A stretch of DNA of 64,000 nt from Squalus acanthias (lineage: Eukaryota). Position numbers and translations under genes: made by a program. The stretch is from positions 96,474,001 to 96,538,000 of the forward strand of contig CM059431.1 in the NCBI GenBank assembly GCA_030390025.1, read 5' to 3'. Under the pieces are notes generated by a model, which saw only the letters and a list, made by a program, of their open reading frames with translations, did no database searches and had not been told where the DNA came from. This document shows, piece by piece, positions 41,470-53,087 of the stretch. Numbering within the stretch: the stretch's first letter is position 1; every line of letters begins with the position of its first letter.

Positions 41470-42350
41470 TTGAACTCCAAATCATCGTCAACACCTTCAC
41501 CGAAGCTTACGAGAGCATGGACCTTACACTAAATATCTGTAAGACAAAGGTCCTCTACCAACTTGCCCCCGCCACACAGTACTGCCCCCCCGATTATCAA
41601 AATCCACGACAAGGCCTTGGACAACGTGGACCACTTTCCATACCTCGGGAGCCTACTGTCAACAAGGGCAGATGTCGACGACGAAGTCCAACACCGCCTT
41701 CAGTGTGCCAGTGCAGTCTTTGGTCGCCTGAGGAAGAGTGTTTGAAGACCAGGACCTCAAACCCGGCACTAAGCTCATGGTCTGCAGAGCAGCAGTAATA
41801 CCCGCCCTCCTGTATGCCTCAGAGACATGGACCATGTACAGCAGGCACCTCCAAGCACTGGAGAGGTACCACCAACGCTGCCTCCGCAAGATCCTGCAAA
41901 TCCATTGGCAGGATAGGCGCACCAATGTCAGTGTTCTCGCTCAGGCCAACATCCCCAGCATCGAAGCTTTGATCAGCTCCGATGGACAGGTCACATTGTC
42001 CGCATGCCCGATACGAGACTCCCAAAACAAGCGCTCTACTCGGAGCTCCGGCACGGCAAGAGAACCCCAGGTGGGCAGAGGAAATGCTTCAAGGACACCC
42101 TCAAAGCCTCCTTGAAAAAGTGTAACATCCCCACCGACACCTGGGAATCCCTGGCCCAAGACCGCACAAAGTGGAGGAGAAGCATCCAGGAAGGCACCGA
42201 ACACCTCGAGTCTCTTCGCTGGGAGCAAGCAGAAGGAGCGCACGTCAACCCAAGCACCCCACCCACCGTCTGCCCCACCTATGACAGAGACTGTAGGTCC
42301 CACATTGGACTCATCAGTCACCTCCTCTGCTCCGAGGGACTGCCTGAGAA
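41470..42350 (+). mobile_element. RTE-clade LINE 3' fragment with frameshifts
   Basis: Pieces LNICKTKVL, VDHFPYLGS, LLYASETWT, RCLRKILQIHWQD, RMPDTRLPKQALYSEL and GGQRKCFKDTLK, plus a degenerate C-terminal zinc-finger-like CPTYDRDCRSHIGLISH. Flanked on both sides by the 37-bp repeat. Confidence 0.9.
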
Positions 42351-44560
42351 GGAGGACCATCCCCGGACACAGCGCCACGCGCAGGCCGAAGGACCGACCC
42401 GGTCACAGCGCCTTCCCCAGGCCGGAGGACCGACACCGGACACAGCGCCACCCCCAGGCCGGAGGACCGACCCCGCACACAGCGCCACCCCCAGACCGGA
42501 GGCCCGACTGCGGGCACAGCGCCTCCGTCAGGCCGGAGGGCCGACTCCGGACAAAGCTTCACCCGCAGGCCGGAGGACCGAGTCCGGATACAGCGCATCC
42601 ATCAGGCCGGAGGACCGACCCAGGAAACAGCGCCACCCCCAGGCCGTTGGACCGACCCCGGTCCCGGACACAGTGCCGCCCCCGGGCCGGAGGACCGACT
42701 CCGGAAACAACGACGCCCCCAGGCCGGAGGACCGACACCGGGCACAGCGCCACCCGCAGACTGGAGGACCGACCCAGTCACAGCGCCACTCGCAGGCCGG
42801 TGGACCGACTCCGGAAACAGCGACGCCCCCAGGCCGGAGAACCGACTCCAGAAAAAGTGCCACCCCCAGGCAGGAGGACCGATCCCGGGCCCGAACACAG
42901 CGCCACCCCCAGCCGGAGGACCGACCACGCACGCAGCGCCACCCCCAGGCCGGAGGACCGACCCAGGAAACAGCGTCACCCCCCAGGCCGCAGGACTGAC
43001 CCCGGGCACAGCGCCACCCGCATACTGGAGGACCGACCCAGTCACAGCGCCACTCGCAGGCCGGTGGACCGACTCCGGAAACAGCGACGCCCCCAGGCCG
43101 GAGGAGCGACTCCAGAAACAGTGCCACCCCCAGGCCGGAGGACCGACTCCGGTCACAGCGCCACCCCCAGGCCGGAGGACCGATCCCGGGCCCGAACACA
43201 GCGCCACCCCCAGCCGGAGGACCGACCCCGCACGCAGCGCCACCCCCAGGCCGGAGGACCGACTCCGGTCACAGCGCCACCCCCAGGCCGGAGGACCGAT
43301 CCCGGGCCCGAACACAGCGCCACCCCCAGCCGGAGGACCGACCCCGCACGCAGCGCCACCCCCAGGACGGAGGACCGACTCCGGATACAGCGCCTCCCTC
43401 AGGCCGGAGGAACGACCCAGGAAACAGCGTCACCCCCCAGGCCGCAGGACTGACCCCGGGCACAGCGCCACCCGCAGACTGGAGGACCGACCCAGTCACA
43501 GCGCCACTCGCAGGCCGGTGGACCGACTCCGGAAACAGCGACGCCCCCAGGCCGGAGGACCGACTCCAGAAACAGTGCCACCCCCAGGCCGGAGGACCGA
43601 CCCCGCACACAGCGCCACCCCCAGACCGGAGGCCCGACTGCGGGCACAGCGCCTCCGTCAGGCCGGAGGACCGACTCCGGACAAAGCTTCACCCGCAGGC
43701 CGGAGGACCGAGTCCGGATACAGCGCATCCATCAGGCCGGAGGACCGACCCAGGAAACAGCGCCACCCCCAGGCCGTTGGACCGACCCCGGTCCCGGACA
43801 CAGTGCCGCCCCCGGGCCGGAGGACCGACTCCGGAAACAACGACGCCCCCAGGCCGGAGGACCGACACCGGGCACAGCGCCACCCGCAGACTGGAGGACC
43901 GACCCAGTCACAGCGCCACTCGCAGGCCGGTGGACCGACTCCGGAAACAGCGACGCCCCCAGGCCGGAGAACCGACTCCAGAAAAAGTGCCACCCCCAGG
44001 CAGGAGGACCGATCCCGGGCCCGAACACAGCGCCACCCCCAGCCGGAGGACCGACCACGCACGCAGCGCCACCCCCAGGCCGGAGGTCCGACTCCGGTCA
44101 CAGCGCCACCCCCAGGCCGGAGGACCGATCCCGGGCCCGAACACAGCGCCACCCCCAGCCGGAGGACCGACCCCGCACGCAGCGCCACCCCCAGGACGGA
44201 GGACCGACTCCGGATACAGCGCCTCCCTCAGGCCGGAGGAACGACCCAGGAAACAGCGTCACCCCCCAGGCCGCAGGACTGACCCCGGGCACAGCGCCAC
44301 CCGCATACTGGAGGACCGACTCCGGAAACAGCGACGCCCCTAGGCCGGAGGACCGACTCCAGAAACAGCGTCACCCCCAGGCCGCAGGACTGACCCCGGG
44401 CCCGGACACAGCGCCGCCCCCTGGCCGGTGGACCGACACCGGGCACAGCTCCAGCCCCAGGCCGAGGACCGACCACGGAAACAGCGCCACCCCCAGGCTG
44501 GAGGCCCGACTCCGGACACAGCGCCACCCCCAGGCCCGAGGAGTCACACGCCGGCCGGAC
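42351..44560. repeat. CpG-rich 37-bp tandem repeat (43-bp variants), CpG-island-like; also at about 41390-41468
   Basis: Unit approximately CAGCGCCACCCCCAGGCCGGAGGACCGACTCCGGACA. A 1130-bp higher-order duplication gives identical ORFs at 42559 and 43689. Confidence 0.93.
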
Positions 44561-44699
44561 CGGGGAAGGACGGCAGATTTTCTTCCCGAAAGAACATTAG
44601 TGAACCTGATGGGTTGTTGGACAATCCGGTAGTTTCATGGTCACCATTACTGGAACTAGCTTTTCATTCGATTCATTTAATGAACTGAATTTAAATTCC
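44561..44699. mobile_element. SINE-like repeat fragment, family uncertain
   Basis: GGGAAGGACGGCAGATTT...ACATTAGTGAACC...GTTTCATGGTCACCATT resembles a common cartilaginous-fish interspersed repeat, recognised from memory only. Confidence 0.45.
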
Positions 44700-44772
44700 T
44701 CGTCTATTGGATGAGACGTTAAACCGAGGCGCCGTTTGCTCTCTCAGGTGGGTGTGAAAGATCTCAGGGCCG
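44700..44772 (+). mobile_element. DeuSINE core fragment
   Basis: GGATGAGACGTTAAACCGAG...CTCTCAGGTGG...AAAGATC is the reverse complement of part of the DeuSINE at about 55145-55203. Confidence 0.8.
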
Positions 44773-44784
44773 CCAGTGGAAGTG

Positions 44785-45342
44785 CTAACCCTAACCCAAA
44801 CCGCTAAACCTAACCCCTAAACCTAACCCTAACACTAACCGTAAACCTTAAAACCTAACCCTAATCCCGAAGCCTAACCCTAAACCCTAACCCGAACTGC
44901 ACTAACCCTAATCCTAAACCTAACCCGAAACCTAACCCTAACCCTCACACCCCCCTAACTTTAACCCTAACCCTACCCTAACCCTTACTACCCCTAACCC
45001 TAAATGCACTAACCCTAACCTGAATCCTAAGCCTAAACCCTAACCCTAAACCCTAACCCTAGCCCCTAACGCTAACCCATAACCCTAGCCCCTAACCCTA
45101 AACCCTAACCCTAATGCCTAACCTTAAACGCTAAACCCTAACCCTAACCCCTAACTACAGTGTTACTAACCCTAACCTCTAACCCCTAACCCTAAATGCA
45201 CTAACCCTAACTCTAAAAATGCACTAACCCTAACCCTAAATGCCCTATCCCTAACCCTTATCCAAACCCTAACACAAACCGTAAACCCTAAACCCTAACC
45301 CTAAACCTAACCGCACTAACCCGAACCCTAAACCTAACCCTA
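44785..45342. repeat. Second degenerate telomeric tract (CCCTAA/CCCTAAA)
   Basis: About 560 bp, in the same orientation as the main array and more degenerate. Confidence 0.93.
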
Positions 45343-45826
45343 GGGTGCAGAAAAAATTAATGAGAATGATTCCAGGGATGAGGGACTTCAGTTACATGGA
45401 TAGACTAGACAACCTGGGTTTATTTTCCTTAGAGCAGAAAAGAGTGAGAGGAGATTTGATAGAGGTGTTCAAAATCATGGAGGGGTCTAGACAGAGTAGA
45501 TAGAGAGAAACTGTTCCCATTGGCGGAAGAGTCGAGAACCAGAGGACACAGATTTACGGTGATTGGCAATAGAACCAAAGGCAACATGAGGAAAAACTTT
45601 TTAACGCAGCGAGTGGTTAGGATCTGGAATGCACTGCCTGAAAGTGTGGTGGAGGCAGACTCAATCATGGCTTTCAAAAGGGAATTGGATAAGTACCTGA
45701 AGGAAAAAAATATGCAGGGAAAGGGTGGGGGAGTGGGGCTAGCTGAAGTGCTTTTGCAGAGAGCTGGCATGGGCTCGACGGGCCGAATGGCCTCCTTCTG
45801 TGCTGCATAAAGTTCTATGATTCTAA
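45342..45826 (+). mobile_element. CR1 LINE 3' fragment
   Basis: RVQ...RGDLIEVFKIM, ESRTRGH, FLTQRVVRIWNALP, then the GGGCCGAATGGCCTCCTTCTGTGCTG terminal motif and a TTCTATGATTCTA tail. Confidence 0.9.
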
Positions 45827-46323
45827 TGTTATGTTCGTGACACACAATGTGGTGAGAGTGGGTTCCGCAGTTGCAGAAATGACCTGCAAACTGCTGACAG
45901 CTAAATCTTTGCACAAAATGGAGTCAGCAAGAGCCTTTCCATTAACCAAGTAATCAGGTTTAATGTGTGAGTATTTGTGTTTTTCCCAGCTCTCAATTAA
46001 TGCACTCGCACAATGGCCACTGAGCTTCCGCCTCCTCTTCACAGGTGAGGTTCCTGAGGTGCGTGATACCCGTGCTCCTGAAGTTAAAGCCAAAAAGCTG
46101 GTGTTAAAAACCCTCAAGAGTCTCTCAACAAGCAGTTAATTACTTGAACGAGGTCACCCGCCTCTCCCAATCGGGTCCGTGGCGCACTGTAAAATGCACC
46201 CGAGTTAGATGCAGATGTTGGTGGGATGACGGTGGATTCCCGACGTGCTGGCAATTTCGATGATTTTTTACTGCCGACCCACCCCCAAACCCGCGTGCTT
46301 GGCAACGGGAAAATTCCTGCCCC

Positions 46324-47600
46324 TCTCTGTGTCTACTCTATCAAAACCTTTCCTAATTTTAACAACCTCTACTAGTTCACCCCTCAGCCTTCTCTTTTCA
46401 AGAGAAAAGAGACCCAGCCTATTCATACTTTCCTGATAGGTATAACCTACTAGTTCATCCTTGTAAATCCTTTTTGTGCCCTCTCCAGTGCCTCTATATC
46501 CTTTTAATAATATGGCGACCAGAATGTAAAAGTGTGGTCTAACCAAGGTTTGATAAAAGTTTAGCATAACTTCTCTACTTTTCAATTCTATCCCTCTAGA
46601 AATAAACCCTAGTGATTGGGTTGTTTTTATGAACATATTGACCTGTGGTGCAAACTTTGTGTTTTGTGCATTTGTACTCCCAGATCCCTTTGCACCTCTA
46701 CCCCATTTAAATTCTTATTTTCCAATAATATTTGACCTCATTTTTCTTACCAAGATGTATTACCTCGCACTTATCTACGTTGAAACTCAATTGCAAATTA
46801 TATTACAATTCTGCAAGTTTATTAATGTCTTCTTGTAATCTGTTGCAGTTGTCCTCAGTGTTGACTACCCCTCCCAATTTGGTGTCATCCGCAAATTTAG
46901 AAATTGTGTTTTTGATTCCAAAGTCTAAATGGTTTATTATACATCTCACCTTCTGCCACTCTGAATAGCTACCCTTTATCCCTACTCTCTGGTTTCTGTC
47001 TTGAAGCCAGCTAGCTAACCATTCTGCTGCTTGTCCCCTGACTCTGCATGCTCTGACCTTATTCATTAGTTTATTATGTGGTACCTTATCAAAGGACTTT
47101 TGGAAATCTAGATATATTACTTCTACTACATTACCCTTGTCTACTCTCTCTGTTACCATTTCAAAGAATTAAATGAGGTTGGTCAAGCAAGACTTTCCCT
47201 TTTGAAAACCATGCTATTTATTATTTTTTTGGTTTCTACATTTTTTTTATTTTCTCCTTTCGTATGATTCCATTATCTTTCCTACTACCGATGTGAAACT
47301 GACTGGTCTATAGTTCCCTGGATATGTTCTATCTCCCTTCTTAAATATAGTTATTACGTTAGCTATCTGGCACTACAACTTTTTCTAATGAATTATTAAA
47401 TATGTGTAATAATGCCTCTGCTATCTCTTCCCTAGATTATTTTAAAATGCGCAGATGCAATCTGTCTGAACCAGGGATGTTATCCTCCATGATTAGTTTA
47501 TTCAATATTTCTCTTTTTTTTTTAAAATGCAGTTATATAATTTCTAATCTCATCTTCTGATGTCATGTCCACCTGATCTGTCTGTCTGGTAAATACTGGT
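46324..47600 (-). mobile_element. Degenerate CR1 LINE fragment
   Basis: YLDFQKSFDKVPH, ISKFADDTKLGG, LVRPH and LGLFSLEKRRLRG in ORFs 46803-47159 and 46268-46636. Confidence 0.88.
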
Positions 47601-47624
47601 AAATCTCCTCTCTGGTTATTTTGC

Positions 47625-48132
47625 CAATTATTTTTAATCTGCGTCCTCTGGTTACTGATCCTCCTGTTAATGGAAACAGTTTCTCCCTACCTACTCTATC
47701 AAAACTCCATATAATTTCAAACACCCATTAAATCTCCCCTTAACCTTCTCTGCTGTGAGGAGAACAACCCCAGCTTCTCTCGTCTCTCCATGTAACTGAT
47801 CCCTGGTACAATTCTAATAAATCTCCGCTGCACCCTCTCTAAGGTCTTGGCCTCCTTAAAGTGTGGTGTCCAGCAATGGACACAATACTCAGGCTGAGGT
47901 CTAACCAGTAATTTATAAAGGTTTAGCATAACATCCTTGCTTTTGTACTCTATTCCTCTATTTATAAAGTCCAGGAGCCCGTATGCATTGTTTACAGCTT
48001 TATGAATTTGTCCTTCAAAGATTTGTGTATGTGAACCCCTAAGTTTCTCTGTTCCTTCACTCCCATTAAAATTGTACCATTTATACTTGCCTATCATCAT
48101 TTTTCCTTCCAAAATACATCACTTCACACTTC
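47625..48132 (-). mobile_element. Degenerate CR1 LINE fragment
   Basis: FINRGIEYKSKDVMLNLYKLLVRPQPEYCV...ERVQRRF...RRLRGDL. Confidence 0.85.
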
Positions 48133-48168
48133 GAGAAAGCTATAGTATGTACCATCTCAGTATAAGTT

Positions 48169-48604
48169 ATTGGCCCAGATTTTGCTGGAACAGGGCAACT
48201 CACGGCTGCCCTGTTGGTTAGAACAACAATTTACTACCTACAGGAATGAGACTCCATGGTTTAAATTGTTCCCTTTCTGGGCCAGAGAGGTTGAGTGGCA
48301 TTGCAGGAACATAAATCTTGTAATTCAAAAGGTACTTGCACTGTTAAGTACCAGCCCTAACCTTCTGCAGAGAGTTTAATTGGCAAATAATGTGCAACTC
48401 ACAGGGAGGTTGAGGGTGAGCTGCCAATTTCACGAGGCTAACGGCGGAGCTCACTGTTATTAATGTGTTGATCATCCAGCAACTTGTGGCGATTCGCAAT
48501 TCATGGGGTATCTCTTCCTTGCCACAAGTTGCTGGGAAATTTACACATTAATAACAGTGAGCACCATTAAACTCACTTTTATTGGCAGCAAAATCTGGGC
48601 CAAT
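48169..48604. mobile_element. Non-autonomous DNA transposon (MITE), possibly Harbinger-type
   Basis: Perfect 19-bp terminal inverted repeat, ATTGGCCCAGATTTTGCTG (48169-48187) and CAGCAAAATCTGGGCCAAT (48586-48604). Internal 15-bp inverted repeat at 48476-48490 and 48521-48535. Confidence 0.75.
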
Positions 48605-48756
48605 GTTTTCTTCTGTTCTAGTCTTTTCATATCTTGTCAATTTGGGCAATTGCTACTTGTGATTCTTGATAGAGAAAATGGTTTGACAGGTATGTCAGCA
48701 TATCAGTTCTTAATTCTTTACATTTAAGGAACACGGCACGGATTTGGAACACGGCA

Positions 48757-48955
48757 AGGATTTGTAAAGGGTAAGTCATGTCTAATGAACCTAGTTGATT
48801 TTTTTGAAGAGGTAACTAACATGGTAGATAAGGGAGTGTCTATCGACGTTATTGATATGGACTTCCAGAAGGCATTCGATAATGTTCCATATAAGAGACT
48901 GTGAACAAAAAATGGGAGCGCTTGGAATTGGAGGCAACCTATTGACATGGGTAGG
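48757..48955 (+). mobile_element. CR1 RT fragment
   Basis: Translates as GFVKGKSCLMNLVDFFEEVTNMVDKG...MDFQKAFDNVP. Confidence 0.8.
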
Positions 48956-49119
48956 GTTTAAGATTTTGCATTAAGGGCTTTGGGCATTTTGGTTAATGTT
49001 ACTGTTGTGTTTTTTTTAGTATTTTTGAATTTGGACTTTGAGGTCGACAAGTTAGCACTCTGGCATTCTGGTTAGGGGTTGTTTTTTAATCTACTCTTCT
49101 ACCTTGCACCTGTCCTAAT

Positions 49120-49227
49120 ATCTCCTTATGTGGTTCAGTGTCAAATTTTGTCTGATAATGCCCCTGTGAAGCGCCTTGGGATGTTTTACTACTTTAAAGG
49201 CACTATATAAATGCAAGTTGCTGTTGA
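49120..49227 (+). mobile_element. L2-type LINE 3' terminus
   Basis: TGTGAAGCGCCTTGGGATGTTTTACTACTTTAAAGGCACTATATAAATGCAAGTTG is a typical L2/DeuSINE 3' end. Confidence 0.7.
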
Positions 49228-49840
49228 ATCAGAATGGAAAGGTAATATAGCTACTCTCCCTGAACCAGGCTTTCAAACTGTCTGCAACATTCATCATTAT
49301 TATAACTGTAGACAATGAATAAAATCAAGCTGAAGATGGGAATTAGTGGTGCAGTAACCAGGCATTTTAAACTGGCTTGAGAATCTCTGAACCACTTTAA
49401 CAGACTGTGACAAAACAAGGGGTCGATAACGTGGCTCTCCTGCTTCTTCTGGCTCCACAAAGATTTCCACTTACCATGGAGGGCTAACCTGGCGGGAAAC
49501 CCACGGCAGATTCCACGCTCAGGCCCGGGTTAAAATGCAATCAGTGTCCCATTGATGTAACAGGGCCCCAAGTGTGCATAAATTCATAAGGCTACCACCT
49601 AACTGCAGTAGTGGCCAACCTGATTCCAGCAGGAATGGGTGACAAGTCACAATGCTCCCTCTACTCCATTCCAACTGGCGGGGTGGGTTAAAATTGGCAC
49701 AAGATCTCAGCCTATAAGTTTCACCTGATGCGGATATGAACTGGTTTTGCCAGTTACAATAGGTAAACAATTAAAAGTATATTTCTTGAAACATTGTTTA
49801 TGCACAGGATTTTTTACATAGAAAGTGGAATAAAGGAAGC

Positions 49841-49846
49841 TTTATT
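49841..49846 (-). terminator. Candidate polyadenylation signal of the minus-strand gene
   Basis: AATAAA on the minus strand, about 400 nt past the stop codon at 50240. Confidence 0.4.
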
Positions 49847-50239
49847 AAAGGAACAGAGTACAAAGGAACATTAATAGACAGACTGATCGCTTGCAGACTT
49901 CCCTTTTGTTGATGCCACCTTGCTGATAATTTGATGATCCAATTGTCGGATGTCACACAGGTTTGAGTATTAGTGGATGACAAAGCAGCAACACAAGGAA
50001 TAGGATAGGACAATAAAGTCATGTAATAGCCACACAGTACCGGACTGTGTATTTAGTTTCACTTCATCACGTGGGACTGACTGGCCCAGGCAGAATGCAG
50101 CATGTCTTATTCAAGTTCTTAATGAATACTTGAAACCTCTGGAGTCAAAAAGATCTCTCAAGTCTTTAGTGCAGCAGTCTTGCTAAAACAGGAGTAATTA
50201 AACTCAAAACCACAGGATTCAAAGGCAATATTCCCTAGG

Positions 50240-50506
50240 CTAGACTGCAGTTTCCAAACCAGATCCAACAAAAGTGCAGCGAGCATTGGAAGGGCAGTGA
50301 TTACCAGAATAGTTAAACGGTGATGGATTGTTACAATAAGCATCCTCAGTCCAATACGTTTGCATCACCTTCCTGGAATGTGGAGCAGAGACAGACTTTG
50401 TCTGTTGATGGGAGCTGTGGATGTTATTTGTGTAGATGGAACTCTGAGCAGGAGCCAGTGGGGTGAATTCTGACACTCGGTCCTTCTTGGATTGCCTAAA
50501 GATATC
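50240..50506 (-). CDS. Candidate terminal coding exon of an unidentified gene (88 aa, C-terminal ETAV)
   Basis: Acceptor ...CTTTTGTTTGGTGGTAG| at 50507. Phase-0 ORF DIFRQSKKDRVSEFTPLAPAQSS...FVGSGLETAV*, in non-repetitive sequence, ending in a class I PDZ-binding motif. Confidence 0.62.
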   Translation of the reverse strand, partial: DIFRQSKKDRVSEFTPLAPAQSSIYTNNIHSSHQQTKSVSAPHSRKVMQTYWTEDAYCNNPSPFNYSGNHCPSNARCTFVGSGLETAV

Positions 50507-51399
50507 CTACCACCAAACAAAAGCAGTTATTAGTTTTATCACCAACAAAATTGCAACAAACGTAATGTTCAAAATTCCGCACTTCATGATCATACAAGGA
50601 AACAAGAAGTTAAGGATTACAAACCCAGGCCCCGCCCCGCCCCAGGCTTCCCTCCCCACCCTCCCCTCACCCCAGGCTCCCCCCGCCCAGGCTCCCCTCC
50701 ACAACCCCAGATCCCCCCCACAGCCCTCACCTCAGGCTGCCCCTAACCCCTTTCCCCCCTCCCCTCAGGCTCTCCCCAGCAACCCCAAGCTCTCACCCGA
50801 GGCTTCCCCCCACCCCCGGCTCCCTACCCCCCAATCTAAGCTCACCCCATGCTGCCCACGCCTCCCCCCCCCAACGCCCCAACCCCCCCCCCAAAACCCA
50901 GTTTGCAGTCGGGCCCTCAAAGCCCAGAGCTGCTGGAGGTCGACTACCAGGCCATCTAAAGTGTCCTCAATGGAAGCTCAGCAGCCTCCCACCTCCCAAG
51001 CTGTAGCCATTGGAGAAATACTTTGTAGGAGCACCAGGATAGGGAAAGGTGCATTCAGTACAGGTATTAAGGCCTGGCACAAGGGGGGATTCTTAATTAT
51101 TTCTGCAAACTATCACATATAGATGTAATTGAGTTGATAGTTTTTGGTTGTTGTGGATTTGGTGTTTATCTTTGTAGTGAAGTGATGACAAGAGCCAACA
51201 GTTTGTATTGAAGGAAAGCAATCAGATAGGGGGCTGAGAACGATTGAGAGACTGTGGGTGTATTGGGGAATGGGAGGGCTGGTTTAGGTGACATGCTCCC
51301 CGAAGACTGTGGGTGTATTGGGGAATGGGAGGGCTGGTTTAGGTGACATGCTCCCCGAAGACCTGGCAGGTAGAGGCACTGGTGGCTGCTGCCTCTCCT

Positions 51400-52340
51400 T
51401 CCCTCTTCTTCTTCCTGTATTTGTTGCTGCTGAGGTGGTGGTAAGGGTTGGTCCCTTAGGCTGGCAAAGTTGTGGAGCATGCAGCAGACAAAAACAAATC
51501 TGGAGACCCACTCGGGGGTGTGCTGCAAAGCTCCCTCGAACAGTGCAGATAGCAGAAGCGTTGGTCAGGCACACAGATTGTTTGCTCGATGATGTTCCTT
51601 GTGGCAGCTTGGCTCTCATTGTAGGCCTGCTGTGTCTGTGCCCGGGTTCCTGACAGGAGTCATGAGCCGGAGGACATATACCTTGTCGCCTAATAGTCAG
51701 CCTGTAACTTGATGATTTGAATAAAGGTGGCACAGAGGACTGGCGCAGGATGAAAGTTGTGACTGCTGCCAGGATAGCAGGCACAGACCTGCACGATGTA
51801 CTGCCTGTGGTCGCAAACCAGCTGGACATTGAGGGAGTGGAATCTCTTTTGATTGATAAAGATGCCTGGCTGGTGATGGAGAGCACGTAAAGCAATGCGG
51901 GTGCAATCTATGGCACCTTGCACCATTGGGAAGCCTGCCATGCAGGCGAAACCTCTTGCTGTCTCGTCCTTCTCTCTGCACCAGGAGGAACACCTACATC
52001 TCCTTCCCTATTGACAGAGAGCCTCAGGGACCTCCCTGGTACAAGTACTGGGAACTGGGAGATGTTGCTGATGTCACATGTCACACGCCTGAAAGGAGCC
52101 TGTGGCATCAAGGTTAAGGGCCACGGTGACCCTGACCGCCACAGGCAGTGCTGTCCATGCCATGGTGCAAGGCTGGAGTTGTGGCTGCTCAAGGTGACAT
52201 TGCTCAGTGACAGTCTCCTCAGTGAAGCGAAGGTGCTTCGGACACTGCTCCTCGGTGAAGTTAATGTACGAGAAGTGCTCCCTGAAGACCTGTTGTGGGC
52301 CTGGCCTCCTGCTCAGTGCTTTCCCCCCTCCCTCATCTCA
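51400..52340 (-). pseudogene. Decayed PIF/Harbinger DDE transposase
   Basis: VFREHFSYINFTEEQC..LRFTEETV, AGFPMVQGAIDCTRIAL, FINQKRFHSLNVQLVCD, YPGSSH and CCMLHNFA lie in different frames, indicating frameshifts. Confidence 0.88.
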
Positions 52341-52861
52341 GCAGCTCCTTCTCTCTGCTATCTTCCTTGCTGCTCCCCCACCTCCAGCCCCAAAGACAGT
52401 CCTGAGACCACCCATGACTGCAGCCAAAATACTTCTGAGGCAGCCAACAACAACTGTGCAACACCAGCAACATCTTTCTCTGTTTAGACAAAGTGAACAT
52501 TCCAGAGTCAAAAAACACACCAAGAAACACCCAGAAGTCAACCAGTAGCCTGAAATGAGAACCCAGCAACTAACCTGCAAGTTCAACATGATGCCTTTAA
52601 CTATCACTTTGTGTTGTGTGAGGTCAGCACATGGTAAGTGAAGCGTTGGGGCGATCAATAATGGAAAACAGAGTGCAGGAAGAAGGGCAGGACCCTATTT
52701 TGAATAAACTCTTACCCCCGTTTAAATGATCCCAACATGCACCAGCGCAACCTTCATCACCAAAATGGCAGGTGCTGAATTTACAGCTGGAAATGTGCCC
52801 GTCATATTGGGACCTTAAGAGGCGCCAAAAAATGGGCGCTGCATGGCCGACTTTCTAGGGC

Positions 52862-53087
52862 CATATATAGATTAAGTGTCCCACATATACCCTATAGATT
52901 AAAAGTACCATGTATATACCATATAGATTAAAAGTGGCCCATTAATATACCTCATAGATTAAACACACCCAGTACATATAGCCTATAGATTGAAAGTGCC
53001 CATATAGATGCACTGTAGATTAAAAGTGCAGTGTATATATGCTCGATAGGTTACAAATGTCAATGTATATGCCTATAGATTAAAATG
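52862..53087. repeat. Degenerate ~30-bp AT-rich tandem repeat
   Basis: TATAGATTAAAAGTG-like motif recurs about 8 times. Confidence 0.75.

Noticed and set aside
41223..42350. A single telomere-targeting retrotransposon with APE endonuclease and RT
   Set aside because: The APE-like segment and the RTE fragment are on opposite strands, and the former ends at a splice donor. They fit separate origins better.
42281..44527. Pro/Arg/Gly-rich ORFs resembling herpesvirus repeat proteins (telomere-integrated virus)
   Set aside because: The GC-rich 37-bp repeat explains them, and no viral gene is recognisable in the window.
51400..52340. Domesticated HARBI1 gene
   Set aside because: Multiple frameshifts and damaged motifs indicate a transposon fossil.
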